From Heterodontus francisci (lineage: Eukaryota): 64,000 bases of DNA. Positions within the stretch are counted from its first letter, which is position 1. Every line of letters starts with the position of its first letter. Shown here piece after piece: positions 55,860-64,000 of the stretch. The stretch covers positions 8,493,558-8,557,557 of the forward strand of contig NC_090399.1 in NCBI RefSeq assembly GCF_036365525.1, in the 5' to 3' direction. The notes beneath the pieces were generated by a model. It saw only the letters and a program-made list of their open reading frames with translations. It did no database searches and was not told the DNA's origin. Both the position numbers and the translations under genes were made by a program.

Positions 55860-58741
55860 ATCAGCAGGGGAATGGGAACCTAAACTGTAGTTCCAGTGTA
55901 CAGGCTGTTGAGAGTAGTGAGGTAGGGGATAAGGTTACAGGGACGCAAGAGGGCACTGGCAAGCAAGAACTTGGTTTAAAGTGTGTCTACTTCAACGCCA
56001 GGAGCATCCGGAATAAGGTGGGTGAGCTTGCAGCATGGGTTGGTACCTGGGATCCTGATGTTGTGGCCATTTCAGAGACATGGGTAGAGCAGGGGCAGGA
56101 ATGGATGTTGCAGGTTCCGGGATTTAGATGTTTCAGTAAGAACAGAGAAGAGGGTAAAAGAAGGGGGGGTGTGGCATTGTTAATCAAGGAAAGTATTACA
56201 GTGGCAGAAAGGACGTTTGAGGACTCGTCCACTGAGGTAGTATGGGCCGAGGTTAGAAACAGGAGAGGAGAGGTCACCCTGTTGGGAGTTTTCTATAGAC
56301 CTCCGAATAGTTCCAGAGATGTAGAGGAAAGGATAGCGAAGATAATTCTCGACAGGAGCGAGAGTAACAGGGTAGTGGTTATGGGGGACTTTAACTTTCC
56401 AAATATTGACTGGAAATACTATAGTTCGAGTACTTTAGATGGGTCTGTTTTTGTCCAGTGTGTGCAGGAGGGTTTTCTGACACAGTATGTGGACAGGCCA
56501 ACCAGGGGCGATGCCACATTGGATTTGGTACTGGGTAATGAACCCGGCCAGGTGTTCGATTTAGATGTAGGTGAGCACTTTGGCGATAGTGATCACAATT
56601 CGGTTAGGTTTACCTTAGCGATGGGCAGGGACAGGTATATACCGCAGGGCAAGAATTATAGCTGGGGGAAAGGAAATTATGACGCGATTAGGCAAGATTT
56701 AGGATGTGTAGGATGGGGAAGGAAACTGCAGGGGATGGGCACAAACGAAATGTGGAGCTTATTCAAGGAGCAGCTAATGCGTGTCCTTGATAAGTATGTA
56801 CCTGTCAGGCAGGGAGGAAGTTGTCGAGCGAGGGAGCCGTGGTTTACTCAAGAAGTTGAAGCGCTTGTCAAGAGGAAGAGGGCGGCTTATGTTAGGATGA
56901 GACGTGAAGGCTCAGTTAGGGCGCTTGAGAGTTACAAGCTAGCCAGGAAGGATCTAAAGGGAGGGCTAAGAAGAGCAAGGAGAGGACACGAGAAGTCATT
57001 GGCGGATAGGATCAAAGAAAACCCTAAGGCTTTCTATCGGTATATCAGGAATAAAAGAATGATAAGAGTTAGAACAGGGCCAATCAAGGATAGTAGTGGG
57101 AAGTTGTGTGCGGAATCAGAGGAGATAGGGGAAGCGTTAAATGAATATTTTTCGTCAGTATTTACAGTAGAGAAAGAAAATGTTGCCGAGGAGATTACTG
57201 AGATACAGCCTACTCGGCTAGATGGGATTGAGATTCACAAGGAGGAGGTGTTAGCAATTTTGGAAAGAGTGAAAATAGATAAGTCCCCTGGGCCAGATGG
57301 GATTTATCCCAGGATTCTCTGGGAAGCCAGGGAGGAGATTGCAGAGCCGTTGTTGTTGATCTTTATGTCGTCATTGTCGACAGGAGTAGTGCCGGAGGAC
57401 TGGAGGATAGCAAATGTTGTCCCCTTGTTCAAGAAGGGGAGTAGAGACAGCCCTGGTAATTATAGACCTGTGAGCCTTACTTCGGTTGTGGGTAAAATGT
57501 TGGAAAGGGTTATAAGAGATAGTATTTATAATCATCTTGAAAAGAATAAGTTCATTTGCGATAGTCAGCACGGTTTTGTGAAAGGTAGGTCGTGCCTCAC
57601 AAACCTTATTGAGTTTTTCGAGAAGGTGACCAAACAGGTGGATGAGGGTAAAGCCGTGGATGTGGTGTATATGGATTTCAGTAAGGCGTTTGATAAGGTT
57701 CCCCACGGTAGGCTATTGCAGAAAATACAGAAGTATGGGGTTGAAGGTGATTTAGAACTTTGGATCAGAAATTGGCTAGCTGAAAGAAGACAGAGGGTGG
57801 TGGTTGATGGCAAATGTTCATCCTGGAGTTTAGTTACTAGTGGTGTACCGCAAGGTTCTGTTTTGGGGCCACTGCTGTTTGTCATTTTTATAAATGACCT
57901 GGATGAGGGTGTAGAAGGGTGGGTTAGTAAATTTGCGGATGACACGAAGGTCGGTGGAGTTGGGGATAGTGTCGAAGGGTGTTGTAGGGTACAGAGGGGC
58001 ATAGATAGGCTGCAGAGCTGGGCTGAGAAATGGCAAATGGAGTTTAATGCGGAGAAGTGTGAGGTGATTCACTTTGGAAGGAGTAACAGCAATGCAGAGT
58101 ACTGGGCTAATGGGAAGATTCTTGGTAGTGTAGATGAGCAGAGAGATCTTGGTGTCCAGGTACATAAATCTCTGAAAGTTGCTACCCAGGTTAATAGGGC
58201 TGTTAAGAAGGCATATGGTGTGTTAGCTTTTATTAGTAGGGGGATCGAGTTTCGGAGCCACGAGGTCATGATGCAGCTGTACAAAACTCTGGTGAGGCCG
58301 CACCTTGAGTATTGCGTGCAGTTCTGGTCACCGCATTATAGGAAGGATGTGGAAGCTTTGGAAAGGGTGCAGAGGAGATTTACTAGGATGTTGCCTGGTA
58401 TGGAAGGAAGGTCTTACGAGGAAAGGCTGAGGGACTTGGGGTTGTTTTCGTTAGAGAGAAGGAGGAGGAGAGGTGACTTAATGGAGACATACAAGATAAT
58501 CAGAGGGTTAGATAGGGTGGATAGTGAGAGTCTTTTTCCTCGGATGATGATGGCAAACACGAGGGGACATAGCTTTAAGTTGAGGGGTGAAAGATATAGG
58601 ACAGATGTCAGAGGTAGTTTCTTTACGCAGAGAGTAGTAGGGGCGTGGAACGCCCTGCCTGCAACAGTAGTAGACTCGCCAACTTTAAGGGCATTTAAGT
58701 GGTCATTGGATAGACATATGGATGAAAATGGAATAGTGTAG
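55850..58741 (+). CDS. CR1 ORF2 (APE endonuclease plus reverse transcriptase), uninterrupted
   Basis: Frame open 55835-58741: YFNARSI, ISETW, YRPPN, GDFN, SDHN, PQGSVLGP, FADD. First in-frame ATG is at 56105. Confidence 0.95.
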   Translation, partial: FKLNQQGNGNLNCSSSVQAVESSEVGDKVTGTQEGTGKQELGLKCVYFNARSIRNKVGELAAWVGTWDPDVVAISETWVEQGQEWMLQVPGFRCFSKNREEGKRRGGVALLIKESITVAERTFEDSSTEVVWAEVRNRRGEVTLLGVFYRPPNSSRDVEERIAKIILDRSESNRVVVMGDFNFPNIDWKYYSSSTLDGSVFVQCVQEGFLTQYVDRPTRGDATLDLVLGNEPGQVFDLDVGEHFGDSDHNSVRFTLAMGRDRYIPQGKNYSWGKGNYDAIRQDLGCVGWGRKLQGMGTNEMWSLFKEQLMRVLDKYVPVRQGGSCRAREPWFTQEVEALVKRKRAAYVRMRREGSVRALESYKLARKDLKGGLRRARRGHEKSLADRIKENPKAFYRYIRNKRMIRVRTGPIKDSSGKLCAESEEIGEALNEYFSSVFTVEKENVAEEITEIQPTRLDGIEIHKEEVLAILERVKIDKSPGPDGIYPRILWEAREEIAEPLLLIFMSSLSTGVVPEDWRIANVVPLFKKGSRDSPGNYRPVSLTSVVGKMLERVIRDSIYNHLEKNKFICDSQHGFVKGRSCLTNLIEFFEKVTKQVDEGKAVDVVYMDFSKAFDKVPHGRLLQKIQKYGVEGDLELWIRNWLAERRQRVVVDGKCSSWSLVTSGVPQGSVLGPLLFVIFINDLDEGVEGWVSKFADDTKVGGVGDSVEGCCRVQRGIDRLQSWAEKWQMEFNAEKCEVIHFGRSNSNAEYWANGKILGSVDEQRDLGVQVHKSLKVATQVNRAVKKAYGVLAFISRGIEFRSHEVMMQLYKTLVRPHLEYCVQFWSPHYRKDVEALERVQRRFTRMLPGMEGRSYEERLRDLGLFSLERRRRRGDLMETYKIIRGLDRVDSESLFPRMMMANTRGHSFKLRGERYRTDVRGSFFTQRVVGAWNALPATVVDSPTLRAFKWSLDRHMDENGIV

Positions 58742-59713
58742 GTCAGATGATCGGCGCAACATCGAGGGCCGAAGGGCCTGTACTGCGCTGTAATGCTCTA
58801 ATTCTAAAAAAAAAGAACCATTACAAATTAGGAATGAAGTGAGTTCTCCCTTCACCAGTCTACACTATCAGAGCTGTACTGAAATCTAATACAGATTGCA
58901 TGATCTCTGTTCACTAACATCAGGGCATGTTCCCTTGTGGGCTTACACTCCTCAACTTCCAACTTTCCTCCCCAACTTTCCTCTATTCATTGGGTCCAGG
59001 CAAGCCAATGACCCCAGGTGCAGGGAAAACTACCCCTCCTTGTGCTCCTGAAGTCACCTACAGTCCTCTTTACAGTTAACTATGCTTCCCATTTTTATGT
59101 CATCTGCAAATTTTGATCATTACACAATGGTCCCATCTGTTAACTTGTTTCCAGTCCTTTAAACCATGCTGCCAACTCACTTTAATATCATGTGCCTTAA
59201 TGTGATCAACAAGTCTCCTGTGCAGCTTTGTGTACGTCATTATTTCCTCCTGCAGCTTGTATATCCATCAGATATAACTCGTCTTTTGAAAGTTCATGTT
59301 AGCTAACCTCAATTAATCCAAATCTTTTGTAGTATTAATTTTATGCTGTATTAAGGAGCAGGAAGCTTGTGCACGACGGGTATTAAGCGAGCTGGTCTAT
59401 AGTTACCTGATTTATTCCTTTCTTTCTTTTATTTTAAACTGAGCACTTAGCACACCCACACCCCCAACCCCTCCCCCCACCCCGCCCACTGCCTCCAGTT
59501 CTCTGACACAACCATATCGGGACATCCCTTAACATTCTAGGATTCATGCCATCAGGACACTGTGTTTTTCCCACTTTAATTCTACCAATTTTTTTCAGTA
59601 CTTGTGATAACATACGGAATTACAGCATTTAATCCTCAAAATTCCCCATATTCTCTAAGTAATTAAAACAGTGTCTTCTGATCAGGCTCTGAAATGATTC
59701 GGAGATACCTTAC

Positions 59714-59740
59714 CTTCCAAAATGCAAAACAGTTTTAGTT
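59714..59740 (-). CDS. 27-nt phase-1 micro-exon of gene 1 ([E]LKLFCILE)
   Basis: ctttcAG|AACTAAAACTGTTTTGCATTTTGGAAG|GTaagg; in frame with 54518-54544 and the B30.2 exon. Confidence 0.75.
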
Positions 59741-59954
59741 CTGAAAGTCAAGAATAGAGGGATGTGTTAATGTGAGAGACTCTGCAGTTACTGTCACACC
59801 CTGTGAAGGAATACTGAGTACATATTCAGCACACAATACACTTCTTATCGTAAATATGAAACAAATCCGAAAGATAACTGACTGAAACTCTTACTAAATA
59901 CATTACATTTTAAAGTTCAAACACTCTTCAGGTTTAAAATCTTGATTGAAAAAA

Positions 59955-60280
59955 GAATTTTCATTTATAAAGCACCTTTCATAACCCCAGGATGACCCAA
60001 AGTGCTTTACAACCAATGAACACAGCAGCCAATTTGTGCACAGTAAGATCCCACAAACAGCAATACAATAATCTGTTTTTCAGTGATGTTGGTTGTGGGT
60101 TAAATATCAGCCGCAACACCGGAGAGAATTCCCCTACTCTTCTTCAAATAGTGGCTGTGAGATGTGGCAGACATGGCTTTGGTTTAATGCTTCATGCCAA
60201 AAACGGCACCTTTGACAGTGCAGCACTCTCTCAGTATGTGCTCAGTTCTCTGGAGTGAGCCTTGAACCCATGACCTTCTG
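59955..60280 (-). mobile_element. DeuSINE-type SINE (SacSINE1/AmnSINE-like)
   Basis: Minus strand: B box GGGTTCAAG, GTGCTGCACTGTC..GGTGCCGT, GGGATCTTACTGTGCACAAATTGGCTGC, and L2-like tail AAAGCACTTTGGG..AAAGGTGCT. Confidence 0.75.
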
Positions 60281-61293
60281 TAGAATTTATGTATTTCACT
60301 TTCCATCCAATGTTCTAGTGATGATGGAATGGGTTGTATCTCAGCACAACACTCTGTCTCTGCAATTCATGACATCACTAATGCAAAATTCAAATCAAAC
60401 TTGCAGAGTGTTGAGGTAATAGTTTGGCTGTATATTAGCAATATTGAACTGTTGAATCTAGATTTAATGAGAAATGAACAAGGCATCACAGCCAGATAAT
60501 ATCACAATATGTTAAACAAATGGAAGCATATTCGTGTCACCAGATTAGCTCTATGTTAGATTTTGTTACTGTGTGGCACTGTTAGTTACTGCTAGTATTG
60601 AAGGGATCAACCTGTATAAGCTAACATTTTACCAGCTAGTTTTCCTGATATCCTGACAATGTAAAACACTATCATTACCTAACAGCAGAAATGTTTTGAC
60701 CAAGTTTCTGGCCACACTTTCTAATCTTTCTGTTCTATAGTCCGGTATCTGTCCCCTCATATAGATCCAATAGGAAGCACCTTGACATGTTTATTTTACA
60801 TTAAAGGCCCTTTATCAATGGATGGTGTTGTAGTGAGTCTGGCCTTTACTAAACTAGCTGATTTCAACAAGTAAGGAGAAGTATGGGGTGTGTCTTCTGA
60901 CCACTGTGCCGTAACATTCATAGGAATGCACGTGTGAATGTCAGATAAGGACAGCAGTAGGATTGGTTCGCTCATTAAGAATAGAAATGAGTGAAATTGT
61001 GATAATGAGACAGTGTCCTTTTCAATCTGACTGAACAGCAATTAAAACCTGTGAACCACTGTACAAATCAAATTTTCAAAGATCCACCACTCGTGATTCA
61101 TGAAACATCCTGCAGTTGCCTCGGCAAACAGTTCAATTCTCAGCAAGTTTATTGGCTAGCAATGAACATTTTCAATACTTTTTAAAACCTATTACATACT
61201 GTTTTTATCTTTATATATTCATGGATCTGATAAGATAGAGGCAGAGAGACCTGTATCAAACAACATCCTGCATTTATATATAACCTTTAATAG

Positions 61294-62147
61294 TGTTATG
61301 ATCCTGTAGTTTTTTTCTTTTCCAGGACGTATGCAGTGTGCCTTTAAGGCTGTAACAGGATCAGTACTGCTTTAAGGCAGCAAGCTTCAGGGATTGAGTC
61401 AAAGAATGCATTCTTGTTGCGGTAGGGTACAGCCACTCAGAGACTGAGGATCGAGAGATACATTGTTGCCGACTGACATTTGAAACTATTTGAAAAACTG
61501 ACTTTTGAGGCACAGTTAACAGATACACAGACTGTCTACCAGCATATACTGAAGGAAAAGCTCTCTCTCTTTTGGTTTATTTCAATCCTATTTATTATAC
61601 TCTCAGAATTCTGATGTCAAGCCAGATTAATTTCTTAAAAGAAAATAACCAATTCCTTTAACTGCTGAACTGTAATTGCCGAAATTCATCACTGGAAAAG
61701 AAGAGCACCAATTCAACTGCTGAATTAGACTACGTACTGTTCTACTGTTGAAGAACCTCTTTTGGCCCCATCGGACGGCTGTGAGGACTTCAAGCAACCT
61801 TGGACTGTTCCACATTGGAAGATTTCACTTTGGCAGGAGCGTAAATATGCAAGGACACAAATTTTTCGATTTTAAATGTTGTTTATATCTTAGTAGTGTT
61901 TAGGAATTTAGTTTTTCTAATTAAACAGTTAATTTGTTGATCTAAAAACACCTGGTTTGGTTAGCCTCATTCGGGGATTAATAGATGGTAAAATTTGGCT
62001 GGGTCTTTCTTTAATTTGGAAAGTTTAAAAATGATATGTTAGGCAATCTGTGGAGGGACAGGGCTGAATCAACGGTGCGTTTCTCCCACCACAATCAGAA
62101 TCGTATATTTTGACTGGGGGCTTTGACTTGAGTGGTCAGTCGTAACA
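61294..62147 (+). mobile_element. Solo LTR (same family as 15494-16432)
   Basis: TGTTATGA...TCGTAACA with 4-bp TSD ATAG. Confidence 0.92.
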
Positions 62148-62189
62148 ATAGTCAAACTTGCAAAGGAGTTTGGAACAAAGGAGATAGAG

Positions 62190-62540
62190 GGGAGATTTGA
62201 TGGAGATGTACAAGATTATGACAGGCTTCGATAAGTTAGAACAAAAGAATTGCTCCCATTAACTGATGGTACAAAGACTAAGGGAGACAGTTTGAAGATT
62301 TTGGGTAAGAGATGTAGGGTAAATGAGAGGAATGTAGTAATGACCTGGAACTCTCTTCCCATGAAAGTGGTGGAAGTGCAGACAATTCACGATTTCGAAA
62401 GCAAACTGGATGGGCACTTGAAGGAAATAAATTTGCAGGGCTGCAGGGATCGAGCGTGGGAGTGGGATTGGCTTGATTGCTCTGTGGAGACCTGGCATGG
62501 ACTTGATGGACAGAATGGCCTCCTTTTGTGCCATATATAA
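62190..62540 (+). mobile_element. CR1 3' fragment
   Basis: GDLMEMYKIM..TWNSLP motif and 3' UTR. Confidence 0.7.
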
Positions 62541-62879
62541 TTCTACCTGCTTCACGGGAGTATTAAATTTAATACTGAGCCTCATGTAGAGATATTAGGA
62601 AAAGTGACCATTAGGCAGTTGGTGGATCAAACTTCAAAGCTGTTACGTGTCTCCAAATGTCAAATCAGGGAAGTTTCCTTTTTGAATCTAATTGGTAACT
62701 AAGATTTATTAGCTGATCTCCCGTGGCATTGCTCATGTGCAATCTGGAGTCTGGGCTGTAGTTGTGATGTTTAACTGCCAAGGTGAAATTGTGTTTCACT
62801 TGGCCTGTCCTTTTAAAGGTACCACTCAACTACTCTCATCAGTGCAGTGGTTTAAGTGGGCGCATGCCGAACTCAATTC

Positions 62880-63808
62880 GAGGATATTGTCAGGTTCCAC
62901 ATGTACACTGATGGCAGCTCTACCTCACCATCGCCTCTCTCAACTCCTCCACCATCTCTGATGCCATGCTGCTTGTCCGACATCTCCTACTAGATGAGCA
63001 GAAATTGCCTCCAACTAAATATTGGGAAGACCGAAGTCATTGACCATCTTTGGACCAGTCACAAATTCTGTTCCCTAGCCACTGACTCTAACCCTCTCCA
63101 TGGTCACTGTCTGAGGCTGAACCAGACCACTCACAACCTTGGTGTTGTATCTGTCCGAGATGAGTTTCTGACCACATATCAGCAAGACATTCCACTTCAG
63201 CCTCCGTAACACTGCCCGTCTCCGCTCCTGCCTCAGCTCTTCTGCTACTGAAACAATCATTCATGCCTTTGCGATCTCTAAACTTGATTATTCCAATGCT
63301 GGCCTGGCCAGCCTCCTATCTTCCACCCGCCATAAATTTAAGCTTATCCAAAACTCTGCTATCTCTCTCCTAACTTGCCCCAACTCCCATTCATCTACCA
63401 CCCAATGCTGAGCTACACTGGCTCCTGGTTAAGCAAAGCCTCGACTTTAAACTTCCCATCCTCATTTTCAAATCCCTCCATGACCTCACCATTTCCTATC
63501 TCTGCAACCTCCTCCAACCCTCTGTGTTAACTGTGCCCCTCCAATTCTGGCCTCTTGAACATCCACCATTGAAGGCCGTGCCTTGTGCTGCAGAGGCCCC
63601 AAGCTCTGGAATTACCTCCCTAAACCTGTCCAGCTCTCCCCTTCCTTTACGACTCCTTAAAATCTTTCTCTTGGCCAAGCTTTTGGTCAGCTGTCCTCAT
63701 ATCTCCTTATGTGGCTCAGTGTCAAATTTTGTTTCACAACTTTCCTGTGAAGTGCCTCGGGACATTTTATTACATTAAAGGTGCTATATAAATGCAAGTT
63801 GTTGTTGT
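62880..63808 (+). mobile_element. L2 LINE 3' part, degenerate
   Basis: MSRNCLQLNIGKTE, IHAFAISKLDYSN, HWL.V..LDFKL motifs; tail AAAGGTGCTATATAAATGCAAGTTGTTG. Confidence 0.85.
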
Positions 63809-64000
63809 CAATTTCTGAGATCCAGCATATCAAGGTGATATAAAACAACAGTTGGCATTCTTCTTATTTATATGATTTGACGTTGAGATGTGAAGGTCTG
63901 TTAGTGAACATGGTTGGGGAAACAAAACAGATGTAATTGTATTTGCCACATTATATCATATGCCTGATACTGAATAATATTGAAGGAATCAGTCAATGGA

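Larger units (their letters stand above)
54608..58815 (+). mobile_element. Full-length CR1 LINE
   Basis: 5' UTR, ORF1 (zinc finger/leucine zipper plus SGNH esterase), ORF2 (APE plus RT), and 3' UTR GGGCCGAAGGGCCTG with a TAATTC-type tail. Confidence 0.97.

Overview
Vertebrate genomic DNA, most likely a shark or other elasmobranch (HE1-type V-SINE, Deu-type SINE, very abundant CR1/L2 LINEs). Most of the window is nested transposon debris: many CR1 LINEs (one full-length at ~54.6-58.8 kb with an uninterrupted EN+RT ORF2), L2, RTE (one 5'-inverted), a near-intact Penelope element with a hammerhead-like motif, a Gmr1-type (integrase-before-RT) Gypsy relic with solo LTRs, SINEs and three G-rich minisatellites. 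The host genes are pieces of two tandem minus-strand butyrophilin/ERMAP-like genes. Gene 1 has two 27-nt phase-1 micro-exons plus a terminal B30.2/PRY-SPRY exon; its 5' part lies beyond the window. Gene 2 has a B7-family IgV exon plus a 27-nt pre-B30.2 micro-exon, with no IgC or TM exon visible between them. The strongest hunt candidates are a putative -1 ribosomal frameshift cassette (U_UUA_AAC plus stem/pseudoknot) joining CR1 ORF1 to an AUG-less ORF2, and the unusual architecture of gene 2. All calls are by eye; repeat boundaries without a TSD are approximate.
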